64,000 nucleotides of DNA from an uncultured Chloroflexia bacterium (lineage in GTDB: Bacteria > Chloroflexota > Limnocylindria > Limnocylindrales > CSP1-4). This document shows, piece after piece, positions 9,388 to 18,710 of the stretch; the stretch's first letter is position 1, and the number at the start of each line of letters is the position of its first letter. A program made the position numbers and the translations under genes. The notes below the pieces were generated by a model. The model worked only from the letters and a program-made list of their open reading frames with translations, did not search any database and was not told where the DNA came from. The DNA lies in contig CAWJKF010000008.1 of NCBI GenBank assembly GCA_963843335.1, positions 144,500 through 208,499 of the forward strand, given 5' to 3'.

Positions 9388-10103
9388 ATGTCCCGTCGGA
9401 TCGGCCGTGTGGGCCTCGCACTCGCGATCCCGATGCTCCTGGCGGTAGCGGTGAACGCTCAGTCCCCTTCGCCGCTGGGCACGTCGCCGGAGCCGGTGGG
9501 ATCGGACGCCGCGAGCGGGGCCCTGGCGCCCGCTTCATTCACGCCGCCGCCCGGCGACACCGCGCCCTTGCCCGCCCGCATCATGAGTGGCTGATGTGAT
9601 GCCGTCGGCGAGGCGGTCCTCGACCTCCATGGCCTCGTCGCCGGTGCGCCGGCCGGCTCGGCAGCGATCACGGTGTATGCCAGCATCTCCGTGCTGGACC
9701 TCCCGCTGGCCGAGGTAGCAGGGTCAGACCGGGTCATCGTTGTCGGTGGGGAGGCCGACCCCGCGAGCGCTGTCGCCTGCGGCGTGTTGGCAGGGCCCGA
9801 GCAGGGACCCTCCGACCTTGCGCTCGCGCTCATCCCCTCCACACCTCCGCTTACTCGGGTACGGCGCAGTTGCACGAGGCCGACCGGACCACGTCGGTGT
9901 ATCTCGTGGTCGTGGCGACGCTCGGGCAAGGTGGCTTCCCGGCAGCGTCAGGTTCACCGGGCGGCAGCATCCCGCCTGCCTCGGCATCGCCCGGTGGGAC
10001 CGCGTCACCGGGCGCGTCGGGACTGAGCCCGGTGCGAAGCGCCCTGCCGGGCACCAGCGGCGCGCCGCCATTCAGCCCGCTGCCAGCGCCATCGGCCTCA
10101 TGA
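9388..10103 (+). pseudogene. secreted protein, paralog of the N-terminal domain of 26543..27964; interrupted by an in-frame TGA (9592..9594) and a frame change near 9830
   Basis: GGAGG RBS and signal peptide MSRRIGRVGLALAIPMLLAVAVNAQS. ARIMSG*CDAVGEAVLDL...VACGVL aligns with VVHAGTCAAIDPAPVGLL...LGCGAV of the paralog. Downstream, YSGTAQLHEADRTTSVYLVVVA continues in another frame. Confidence 0.55.
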
Positions 10104-10307
10104 GGCGGGTACATCTGGTCCGCCGGACAGAGATCCATCCATCTCGGGCGACCGAGGCAATCACCGGGGGAGGGATGCAACGCGATCGCCATGGTCAACG
10201 CGCCTGGAAGGGTCAGGCCGTAGGCGCGCATCGGTCAGCGTATGCCTCGTCGACACGGGCGGGGCGCTCCGTCGGCCGGCGATGGTCAGGACCATGAGGA
10301 GACAACC

Positions 10308-10415
10308 ATGCGCTACACCGGACCGGGCAGGTCCCCCTGGCCGATGGTCGCGACCATCGCGATCGCGGTCATCGTGGTCATCGGCGTCTATCTGCTGTTC
10401 TTCCAGGCGAGGTGA
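10308..10415 (+). CDS. 35-aa single-TM micro-protein
   Basis: GAGGAG 7 nt before the ATG. MRYTGPGRSPWPMVATIAIAVIVVIGVYLLFFQAR*. Its stop overlaps the start of the PRC-barrel gene (GTGATG). Confidence 0.4.
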   Translation: MRYTGPGRSPWPMVATIAIAVIVVIGVYLLFFQAR

Positions 10416-11807
10416 TGGTCATGCGCAAGGGCAGGACGGTCATGGGTCAGGACATCTACAGCGTGTCGGACGGCCTGCGGGTCGAATCGGTCAAGGATCT
10501 CGTGCTCGAGGACGGCGAGGACGGGGTCGTGGCGCTCCTCGTGTCCGAGGGCGGGTTGCTCGGGACGTCCCGGGTCGTGCCGTTCGCCTCCGTGGTCCGG
10601 TTCGGGCCATCGGCGGTGATGATCGACACCGCCGCCTCGGTCGTCTCGGCCGCCGACGAGCCACGCGTCCACGAGTATCCTCGATCGCAAGGGCACCCTC
10701 CTGGGTACCCGGGTGATGACCGAGGACGGCGAGGACCTCGGCACCATCGCGGACGTCTACTTCGACGAGCGTTCGGGCCGGGTCACCGGCTATGAGGTGT
10801 CGGGCGGCCGGATCGACGACATGGTGCATGGCTCGTCGTACCTGCCGTTCGAGGCCATCCGGACCATCGGCGCCGATGCGGTCATCACGGACGCGGCCGC
10901 CCGTGGGGTCGTCGAGCGCCCGGAGCATACCGACACCGGCGAGGACGCCACCGCGGGGCAGGAAGGCGGTCCGGGAACGTCGGACGACGTCACCGCGAAC
11001 GACCCGGACGGGTCGCTCGTCGGTGCCCGCGCCCAGCGCGACCTGCTCGACCGGGATGGCTCCGTGGTCATCGCGAGCGGTCAGGTCGTGACCCCCGAAC
11101 TCGTCGAGCGGGCCCGGGCCGAGGGCAACCTCGACCCGCTCTACGGGGCGGTGGGACGCGCGCGGCCGGCGCCGGGAGGCGACTCGCCGGATGCCACCGC
11201 CCAGGCGCCGGACACGGCAGCCGACCTGTGGGGCCGCTTCACCGCACGGCTCTCGGAGATGACCGATGCGGCTGGCCAGCGGCTGGACGCACAGCAGACC
11301 AAGGCGCAGCTCGACCGGATCAACGACAGCATCGGGCGACCGGTCACGAAGGTCATGCTCGACCGCGATGACTCGGTCATCCTCGACCTCGGTGATCTCG
11401 TCACCCACCAGGCCGTCCAGCGCGCCGATGACGCGGGCCTGCTCGGCTCCCTGCTCGCGTCCGTCTACAAGGCGGACGACGTGACCTTCAGCCGCGACGA
11501 GCTGCGCGCCCGGATCGAAGGCGACTCGACCGTCGAGAAGGCGTCGGGCGGAGCGAGCGTGGTCGATGACCTGGAGGCGCGGCTCGCCGCCCCGGCCGAC
11601 ACCGGGGACGATGGCGGAGGGGACCAAGGTGCCGGGGCCGAGGCAGGAGAATCCAAGAGCGGCGAGGGGACCCGCGACGGGTCCCCGTCCAACGGCGGCG
11701 GAGGCACCAAGGGGACCGAGCGGGAGACCGGTAGATTGCCCGTGGCGGCGGGTCCAGCGATTGGCGAGGGACAAGGTGACGGGGCGAACGGGGACCAACC
11801 CCGATAG
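10412..11807 (+). pseudogene. PRC-barrel domain protein with long acidic C-terminal region; frame break at ~10676 (possibly a sequencing artefact)
   Basis: Two PRC-barrel-like units (GQDIYSVSDGLRVESVKDLVLEDGEDGVV.. and LLGTRVMTEDGEDLGTIADVYFDERSGRVTGYEVSGG). Homology in the second frame extends upstream of its ATG (ILDRKGTLLGTRV), so ORFs 10412..10795 and 10713..11807 read as one gene with one extra base. Confidence 0.6.
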
Positions 11808-11822
11808 GGGCCTCGTGATCCG

Positions 11823-12604
11823 ATGGTGGCTCGTCCTCCGTTCCTGGTGGGTACCTCCGGATTCATGTACGACCATTGGGATGGAGCCTTCTACCCACAT
11901 TCGTCGAGGCGTGGGGACTGGCTGGAGCTGTACGCCGAGGCATTCCCGACCGTCGAGTTGAACGTCACCTTCTATCGCCTGCCGGCGGCGTCGACATTCA
12001 GGGGGTGGGGTGAGCGGGTCCCTCAGGGGTTCGTGTTCGCCATCAAGGCGAGTCGATACATCACGCATGTCCTGCGGCTCCGGTCGACCCAGGACGCGGT
12101 CGAGCTGCTGATGGAACGGGCGACGGGTCTCGGCGACCGCTTGGGACCCGTCCTGCTCCAGCTCCCGCCCGACCTGCCCATCGACCTCGAAGGGCTGGCA
12201 TCGACCCTGGGCGCCTTCCGGCAGGGGTGAGGCTCGCGGTGGAGCCACGACATCCGAGCTGGTTCACGGAGGACTGCCGACGCCTGCTGGTCCACCAGGG
12301 GGTAGCCCTCTGCTTGGCGGATCGACGGGGGCCGCGCACGCCTCTGTGGGCCACCGCGGACTGGACGTACCTGAGGCTCCACGGCGGCCGGGCGTCGCCG
12401 CCGACCTGCTACGGGCCCCAGGCCCTCTCGACATGGGGCGAACGATTGACCTCCGGCTGGCCAACCGGGTCCGGGTACGTCTACTTCAACAACGACGCGA
12501 ACACCTGCGCCGTCCGCAATGCACTCACGCTCCGGCGGCACCTGGGTGATCAGTCGGGACGGGCATCGGCAGTCGCCCCTACGAGCCGGCCACCGAACCC
12601 GTGA
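11823..12604 (+). pseudogene. DUF72 (YecE-like) family protein; frame break at ~12218
   Basis: N-terminal half VGTSGFMYDHWDGAFYP...VELNVTFYRLP...FAIKASRYITH ends at a TGA. The C-terminal half VRLAVEPRHPSWF...YVYFNND continues in the -1 frame. Confidence 0.65.
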
Positions 12605-13661
12605 GGCGTGGGCCGAGGTCCTCAAGCAGCTTCGCCATCTCTCGGGCGTTCACCGCGCCGTAGTTGGCGTAGCAGTTGTTCATGAGCACGTGCGTCTCTC
12701 GCGCCTCGGACGCGGCCTTGGCGATGCGTGGCACCCATGCCTGGAGCTCGTCGCGGTCGTAGAGGTAGCGGAACCGCTCGGCTGGCGTGATGCCCTTCGC
12801 CTCCCAGGTCGCGGCGTTTCGACCATGGAACCGGACGAGGGCGAGCTCCGGCGACGTGACGGCCTCGACCACGGGCACGCTGCTCTTGAAGCCCTGGGGC
12901 GCGTCGACCATGACGTAGGGGACCTCGTGGTCGGCGAGGAAGCGCAGGGTCCGCTCGACGTTCTTCTCATTGAACCAGGTCGCGTTGCGGAACTCCACCG
13001 CGACCCGGAGCCCATCGAGCCGCTCACGGGCTTCGAGGATCGCGTCACGGCTCTCGCTGATGGGGAAGAACCACCTCGGATACTGGAGCAGGATCGAGCC
13101 CAGCTGGCCGGCGTCACGGAGCGGGTTGAGCGCGTCGACGAACGCTTCCCAGACGGCATCGCGGACGGGCTCGGGCAGGTCCTTCGCGTATAGACGAGGC
13201 TTGCTGCGGATGGGCTCGGGCAGCTCATCGCGGACCCATTTGGGCAGGCGGCGGGTCTCGGACGGCTGACCGGTCATGAGGGCGTGCGCCTTGACGTCGA
13301 ACGTGAAGTCAGGGGGCGTGCGCTCTCGCCAGAGCTCGGCGAGGCGCGGGGTCGGCAGCGCGTAGTAGGTCGCATCCACCTCGACGAGCGGGAACTGGGA
13401 CGCGTAGTAGGCGAGGCGCTCCTCGGCGGTGCTCGCCTCGGTCGGGTAGAACACGCCCGGCGCGGTCATCGTCGGGTCGGTCCACGACGCCGTGCCCACT
13501 CGGACCTCCCCACCGTCCCTGCCGAGCCTGATGGGCTCTCGTCCGGCGTCGCCGGCCCACGCGCCTGCCTGCGCCGCGGTGAGGGCTCCGGGGTCGTGGT
13601 CTCTGACAGGATCTCGGCGTCTCGGTCCGTCGACGCTCTTGACCATCGTTCGCACCTCCAC
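12579..13661 (-). CDS. DUF72 (YecE-like) family protein
   Basis: VGTASWTDP...FPLVEVDATYYALP...FDVKAHALMTG...VAVEFRNATWF...HVLMNNCYANYGAVNA. Convergent with 11823..12604, overlapping it by 26 bp. Confidence 0.85.
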   Translation of the reverse strand: MEVRTMVKSVDGPRRRDPVRDHDPGALTAAQAGAWAGDAGREPIRLGRDGGEVRVGTASWTDPTMTAPGVFYPTEASTAEERLAYYASQFPLVEVDATYYALPTPRLAELWRERTPPDFTFDVKAHALMTGQPSETRRLPKWVRDELPEPIRSKPRLYAKDLPEPVRDAVWEAFVDALNPLRDAGQLGSILLQYPRWFFPISESRDAILEARERLDGLRVAVEFRNATWFNEKNVERTLRFLADHEVPYVMVDAPQGFKSSVPVVEAVTSPELALVRFHGRNAATWEAKGITPAERFRYLYDRDELQAWVPRIAKAASEARETHVLMNNCYANYGAVNAREMAKLLEDLGPRLTGSVAGS

Positions 13662-13795
13662 GTCCGATCCACGAACTACGAGTCCTTGGATGCCCGATCA
13701 TGGTCCCCTCCCGGCCGAGATACAGCCCCTCGCCCAGAGCCTCCGACGGCTTCGTCCGCAGGGGATGGCCGACGAGCCGACCCTCGGTGAGAGCA

Positions 13796-14217
13796 CTACC
13801 GCTGTGGCTTGTCCCCGAGCTCCCGTGTCCGTCCGTCCCGTACCCGGTGCCGCTCGACTGCTCGCGCGTGGCCGCGTCGCTCTCCGGACCCCGGGCGTCG
13901 TGATCGGTCCCGGTGACGGTCCGATCAGCCACCGTTCGTGCCGGGGTCGGGGTCCCCGACGCCGCCGCCGGGCCGGGCGGATATGGCAGGTCCGTCCCGC
14001 CGGGGCCGCTGTCGGTCCCGTCGTATCGGTCATCCGGGAGCGAACCTCCCCCCGAGTCCACAGCCGGGCCTCCTTCCGACATTTCGGCGCTCCGGCCGGT
14101 CAGCCGTTGTAGCTCCTCGATACCGTCATCGGCTCGCTCCCGGTGACCCAGTCCCGTGGGTGCTTGCTGGGATCGGGATCCGGTCGGGGATCTCGGCCCC
14201 TGGCTGGCGTCGGTCAT
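13796..14217 (-). pseudogene. decayed DUF3072 paralog (internal deletion plus at least 3 frame changes)
   Basis: Pieces homologous to 7399..7938 lie in three frames. DPDPSKHPRDWVTGSEPMT stops soon after. IEELQRLTGR...LPDDRYDGTDSGPGGTDLPYPP is in the ATG frame. The terminal DKPQR* (TAG at 13796..13798) is in a third frame. The central SYLETLSREAGE..TKAEASE block is missing. Confidence 0.55.
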
Positions 14218-14354
14218 CACCCATGCGCTCGATGATTTCGCTGACGACCTCCCATCCGCGACCTCCCGGTCGCGGATGACGTTGCGATCGCCAAGCTGGT
14301 ATTTCGTCCTGGCCTCACCCGGGCATATTGGGCTGCGGGTGTGACACTTCCTCC

Positions 14355-15299
14355 ATGTCACAGGAGCGCATGCCCGACTTCATCGATCCGATGCTCGCGA
14401 CACTCGCCGCCACGCCCTTCGATGACCCCGACTGGCTGTTCGAGGTGAAGTGGGATGGCTTCCGGGTGGAGGCCGTCGTGCGCGATGGGCAGGTCCGGAC
14501 CTGGACGCGCGGCCAGAAGGATGCCTCGAGCTACTTCGGGAGCTTCCTCGAGCCGCCGACCTGGATCGCCGCGACCGAGGCGATCGTGGACGGGGAGGTC
14601 GTCGCGTTCGGCGATGACGGCGAGCCGGATTTCGCGCTCCTCGGCTCGGGGTCCGGCCACCTCGAGTACGTCATCTTCGACCTGCTGTGGCTCGATGGGA
14701 CATCGCTCCTGCGACAGCCGCTCGAGGAGCGCAAGGCGAAACTGGAGGAGGTACTCAGGGACGACCCGCGCGTCCGCATGAGCACGCACGTCGTCGGGGC
14801 CGGCCTCGAGCTCCATGCGGCCGCGGCAACGCGACACCTCGAGGGCATCATGGCCAAGGACCGGCGGGCACCGTACGAGCCCGGCCGTCGCGCGAGGTCG
14901 TGGCTCAAGGTGAAGATCCGGCCCGAGCAGGAGCTCGTGGTCGGCGGCTGGACACGAGGCACCGGTGCGGCCACCGACCTCGCGGCGCTCCTGGTGGGAG
15001 TCCATCAGGATGGGGTGCTGCGCTACGTGGGCAAGGTCGGTGCGGGCTTCACCCGATCGAGTCGTGCCGAGTTGCTCGCAGCGCTCGCCCCGCTCGAGGC
15101 AGACGAGCCGCCGTTCACGCCACCGCCACCGAGATCGGTGGCCCCGGGAGCGCGCTGGGTGCGTCCGGAGCTCGTCATCCGGGCCGAGTTCGCCGGCTGG
15201 ACCGGCGGTGGCGCCGTGCGCCAGGCGAGCTACAAGGGCTTCGACCTGGGCAAGGATGCACGACTCGTCGTGCGGGAAGTGCCGGGCGCGGGTCCCTAG
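14355..15299 (+). CDS. ATP-dependent DNA ligase (stand-alone adenylation + OB, LigC/LigD-ligase-domain type)
   Basis: Motif I EVKWDGFRV, then FDLLWLDG, EGIMAK and WLKVK. Alternative start at ATG 14370 (MPDFIDPMLA) preceded by AGGAG. Confidence 0.9.
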   Translation: MSQERMPDFIDPMLATLAATPFDDPDWLFEVKWDGFRVEAVVRDGQVRTWTRGQKDASSYFGSFLEPPTWIAATEAIVDGEVVAFGDDGEPDFALLGSGSGHLEYVIFDLLWLDGTSLLRQPLEERKAKLEEVLRDDPRVRMSTHVVGAGLELHAAAATRHLEGIMAKDRRAPYEPGRRARSWLKVKIRPEQELVVGGWTRGTGAATDLAALLVGVHQDGVLRYVGKVGAGFTRSSRAELLAALAPLEADEPPFTPPPPRSVAPGARWVRPELVIRAEFAGWTGGGAVRQASYKGFDLGKDARLVVREVPGAGP

Positions 15300-16435
15300 T
15301 GTCGTGGCCCGCTGATGTCTAGCGGCATGTGATGGGATCGGCTACGATGCTGGACATGGCTCAGCCCCCTGCTCCCGCGTTGGCCGTGACCGATGCCGAC
15401 AAGGCCGTGCTCCAGGCGCTGGTCCGGGCACGGACGAGCGAGCAGCGGGCGGTCACGCGTGCCCGCATCGTGCTCCGCTCGGCCGATGGCGGCTCCATCG
15501 AGGGCATCGCGTCCGAACTCGGTGTCGCGGTCATGACCGTCAAGCTGTGGCGCCGGAGATACGCCCGCCTGGGCGTGGATGGCCTGGCCGACGCACCGCG
15601 TCCGGGTCACCCGCCCACGTACACCCGCGAGGACCGGGACCGGGTCATCGCCCTCACCCTCGGACCACCTCCCGAGGGCACCACGCACTGGAGCGCCCGG
15701 CGGGTGGCGAAGCGCGTGGGCATGGGCACCACGACGGTCCAGCGCATCTGGGCCGAGGCGGGCCTGCGGCCCCATCGCACCGAGACCTTCAAGTTCAGCA
15801 CCGACCCGGCACTCGAGTCGAAGGTCCGGGACGTGGTCGGCCTCTACCTCGATCCGCCCGACGGGGCGATCGTCCTGTCGGTCGACGAGAAGACCCAGAT
15901 CCAGGCGCTCGACCGGACCCAGCCGATGCTGCCGATGCGACCGGGCCAGGTCGAGCGGCACACCCACGACTACACCCGCAACGGCACGACCTGCCTGTTC
16001 GCGGCGCTCGAGGTGGGCACGGGACTGGTCACCACCGACACCCGTGAGCGTCACACCGGCGCCGACTTCCTCGCGTTCATGCGCCGGGTCGCCCGGGCCT
16101 ACCCGGAGGGCGAGCTGCACGTGGTCCTCGACAACGTGTCCAGCCATTCCACCCCCGACGTGCGGGCCTGGCTCGCCCGCCATCCGCGCATCACCTTCCA
16201 CTTCACGCCCACCTCCGCGTCGTGGATGAACCAGGTGGAGACCTGGTTCGGCATCCTCACCCGGCAGGCCATCCGGCGCGGCAGCTTCCGCAACGTGCCG
16301 GAGCTCGTGGCCATGATCGATGCCTTCACCCGCCAGTGGAACGAGGGCTCCGGCCCCTTCACCTGGGTCCGGACCGCCGACGAGATCCTGGCCAAGGCGG
16401 TCCGCAAGCCACGAGCGACTAGCGAATCGGGACAC
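15299..16435 (+). mobile_element. IS630-family insertion sequence, complete (1137 bp), inserted in a CTAG with TA duplication
   Basis: Ends GTGTC.../...GACAC with partially matching ~25-bp inverted repeats. Flanked by TA (15297-98 and 16436-37), and CTAG is regenerated at both junctions. One IS630 transposase ORF lies inside. Confidence 0.8.
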
Positions 16436-16438
16436 TAG
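15329..16438 (+). CDS. IS630-family (Tc1/mariner-like DDE) transposase
   Basis: 369 aa. HTH region, then LSVDEKTQIQALDR, HDYTRNGTTCLFAAL, HVVLDNVSSH, and TPTSASWMNQVETWF. Confidence 0.9.
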   Translation: MMGSATMLDMAQPPAPALAVTDADKAVLQALVRARTSEQRAVTRARIVLRSADGGSIEGIASELGVAVMTVKLWRRRYARLGVDGLADAPRPGHPPTYTREDRDRVIALTLGPPPEGTTHWSARRVAKRVGMGTTTVQRIWAEAGLRPHRTETFKFSTDPALESKVRDVVGLYLDPPDGAIVLSVDEKTQIQALDRTQPMLPMRPGQVERHTHDYTRNGTTCLFAALEVGTGLVTTDTRERHTGADFLAFMRRVARAYPEGELHVVLDNVSSHSTPDVRAWLARHPRITFHFTPTSASWMNQVETWFGILTRQAIRRGSFRNVPELVAMIDAFTRQWNEGSGPFTWVRTADEILAKAVRKPRATSESGH

Positions 16439-16692
16439 CACCCAGGGCCGTTCGCTCGGGCCTCACGGGGATGGCCTGCCACAGCCTCCCGCTCTCGGCT
16501 CGTCCTCTCGGGGCGTACACCTCCGGTCGTGGGCGGTCGCCGAAGCTTGTTCACCGTGCCAGCGCGGCGGATGCGCTCCGTGGCCAGCTGATACCGACGC
16601 GCCGCATCTTCGAGTGCCGCCAGCGCCAGGCGCGCCCGCCCACGCGTGATCACGGGCATCCTGCAGGCGAGCCTGACCGCCTCGAGAGCCAT
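16435..16692 (-). CDS. hypothetical 85-aa protein ending in the CTAG used by IS630
   Basis: ATG ORF with about 75% GC3 by eye (MALEAVRLACRMPVITRGRARLALAALEDAARRYQLATERI...). No clear RBS and no homology I recognise. Confidence 0.3.
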   Translation of the reverse strand: MALEAVRLACRMPVITRGRARLALAALEDAARRYQLATERIRRAGTVNKLRRPPTTGGVRPERTSREREAVAGHPREARANGPGC

Positions 16693-17167
16693 GGGTCCCT
16701 GGCGATGCTCGCCATGGTGCCGCCTGCGATGCGGGCTGTATGCCTCGGTCCCGGACCTTGAGTCGGCCGAATCGCCCGAGCGCTGACCATGGTGTTCCGA
16801 CTGACGACGACGAGTGGTCACACCCACGTGCCGGGCTTGACCGCGACAGGGATCTGCGAGGTGAACGATAGACAGCGAGGCCACGGACGAGTGGGCCCGG
16901 ATGGTTGCGCCGCGTAGCGTGGCGCGACCGGGCCCGTAGACGCGATCGCTTGACCGTGCAGGGCCCAGATTCGAGGGCCGCCTCATGGACTCTCGGGACG
17001 ATCATCGTCATCGTCATCGTCGTGTTGATCGTGCTCGCCGTGCTCGGCTACTTCGGGATGGGCCGCCGCGGGGTGTAGCGGCAGCGCCACCCCGCTCGAT
17101 TCGTGCGAGGCGGCCTGACTGGCAGCCTCGCCCGGCGCTGATGGTGGCCACCAGCTCGGAGGAGGCC

Positions 17168-17371
17168 ATGCCAGACCGGAGTCACACCAGCCGGATGTCG
17201 GGACCCATCGAACGCGGCACGTGGCAGCTCCGTGTCGACGCGGGCCCGAGCGCGCGGCCCTACACCACTGCGCCGCCGGCCCGATCGCCGCCGGGCTGGG
17301 AGCCTGACGGGGAGGGGCCCGGAGGGACATACCGCTGCCCGGCCTGCGACAGCAGGGTATGGATCTCCTAG
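17168..17371 (+). CDS. hypothetical 67-aa protein
   Basis: GGAGGAGG RBS 3-4 nt before the ATG, and high GC3. SGPIERGTWQLRVDAG faintly resembles the arm-binding N-terminus of actinobacterial tyrosine integrases. Ends in C-P-A-C. Confidence 0.3.
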   Translation: MPDRSHTSRMSGPIERGTWQLRVDAGPSARPYTTAPPARSPPGWEPDGEGPGGTYRCPACDSRVWIS

Positions 17372-17509
17372 CAGCTGCCGAGCGGTCCCGGTCAAGGGCC
17401 CTGATAGGCACGGCCATCTGGCTGGGCGGGCCCCAGGGCGTCGTGACGGCGTGACGGTCGACGGGGACGCCTGGAAAGCACCCCGCGCGCGACGCCGTCT
17501 GGAGGAGTC

Positions 17510-18163
17510 ATGGGACGCATCTGGCGCAACAACGGCCTGAGCATCGTGATGTTCGGCTTGTTCCTGCTGTTCCTCGGGGGCCAGATCATCGCCGGCCATC
17601 AGGTCTATCTCGACGAGTTGCCAGCCGACGGGCAGCCGGCCGTGGACCTGCTCGGCTACCTCGCGAGCGGCCACTTCGTGGAGGCGACCTTCGAGAACTG
17701 GGAGAGTGAGTTCCTCCAGATGGGCGCGCTGGTGTTGCTGAGCGTCTTCCTCTACCAGAAGGGCTCCCCCGAATCGAGGGACCCCGATGCGGACGAGGAC
17801 GTCGACCGCGAGCCGACCGGCCGGCGGCCGGGTGCTCCGTGGCCGATGCGGGCGGGCGGCCTCGTGCGGTCGGCATACGAGCATTCGCTGGCCACGGCGT
17901 TGTTCGTGCTGTTCGCCCTGTCCCTGTGCTTGCACGTCCTCGGTGGCGTCGCGGAGTACAACCGCCAACGAATCGCCGAGGGTCTGCCGACGACGTCCGC
18001 CGCCGGTTTCCTGTCCACGCCCGAGTTCTGGTTCCAGTCGATGCAGAACTGGCAGAGCGAGTTCCTGTCCGTCGGGGTCCTGGTCGTCCTGACGGTGTTC
18101 CTGCGGCAGCGAGGTTCCCCGGAGTCGAAGCCCATGGATGAGCCACATGCCAGCAACGGATGA
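17510..18163 (+). CDS. integral membrane protein with internal duplication (DUF6766-like)
   Basis: Two halves each have TM helices and the motif NW(E/Q)SEFL...VFL(Y/R)Q(K/R)GSPES. GGAG before the ATG. Confidence 0.8.
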   Translation: MGRIWRNNGLSIVMFGLFLLFLGGQIIAGHQVYLDELPADGQPAVDLLGYLASGHFVEATFENWESEFLQMGALVLLSVFLYQKGSPESRDPDADEDVDREPTGRRPGAPWPMRAGGLVRSAYEHSLATALFVLFALSLCLHVLGGVAEYNRQRIAEGLPTTSAAGFLSTPEFWFQSMQNWQSEFLSVGVLVVLTVFLRQRGSPESKPMDEPHASNG

Positions 18164-18305
18164 TGCCGTGATCCCTACCCACCGTCCGTCACGGCGGTGG
18201 CTGGTTTCTTGGTCAACCCTCGGACCGAGCGAGTCCGTCAGGCTGCTGTCACGGGCTGGGGCGTGAGCCCTTGACCCGCATCCCGATCTCGTCCAGCGTC
18301 GTGCC

Positions 18306-18710
18306 ATGCACCTGACGCGGCGCGACCGCTGGATCTTCGGCACCTACGCCATCGCGTTCCTGGTCGTCGGCGCGGCGAACTACGCAGGACTGCCGCCGCC
18401 GATGGTCTTCGTCCTCGCCACGGTCGCTCTCGCGGGCGGCGCGCTCGCGGTGGGGGAGGCGACCGAGAAGCTCTCGACCCACCTCTCGCCCTCGACGACC
18501 GGCGTCGTCCAGGGCCTGCTCGGCAACCTGCCGGAGCTCTTCCTCTCGATCTTCGCGCTCCAGGCCGGGCTCGTCTCGGTGGTCGCCGCGGCGCTCGTCG
18601 GCTCGGTCCTCGGCAACGTCCTCTTCGTGCTCGGCGTCGCCTTCCTCGCGGGCGGCTTCCGACACGGCGTCCTGCGCTTCGCGGGCGAGGCGAACCGGCT
18701 GCTCGCGGGG
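18306..18710 (+). pseudogene. Ca2+/H+ antiporter (CAX/ChaA family), N-terminal ~135 aa only
   Basis: GVVQGLLGNLPELFLSIFALQAG (GNxxE alpha-1 repeat) and GSVLGNVLFVLG, then homology ends after FAGEANRLL and the frame runs into Arg/Pro-rich sequence. Confidence 0.6.

Noticed and set aside
9592-9594. In-frame TGA as a selenocysteine codon (G-U-C-D)
   Set aside because: The downstream sequence forms only a weak, bulged 5+3-bp stem with a 17-nt loop and has no convincing bacterial SECIS. The paralog has Thr at this position, and the gene also has a separate frame break. A nonsense mutation is the simpler reading.
10491-12248. 585-aa ORF on the minus strand, one of the longest in the track
   Set aside because: Arg/Pro/Gly-rich with no recognisable motifs. 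It lies antisense to the PRC-barrel and DUF72 genes, which do have clear family signatures. This is a typical shadow ORF of high-GC DNA.
17168-17371. Calling this ORF a tyrosine integrase fragment
   Set aside because: The similarity is limited to a ~15-aa arm-domain-like stretch, and no catalytic-domain remnants exist in any frame downstream. I kept it only as a weak hint in the remnant-belt finding.
17048-18343. 431-aa minus-strand ORF
   Set aside because: It lies antisense to the DUF6766-like membrane protein, which has an internal duplicated motif and an RBS. The composition is Arg-rich nonsense.
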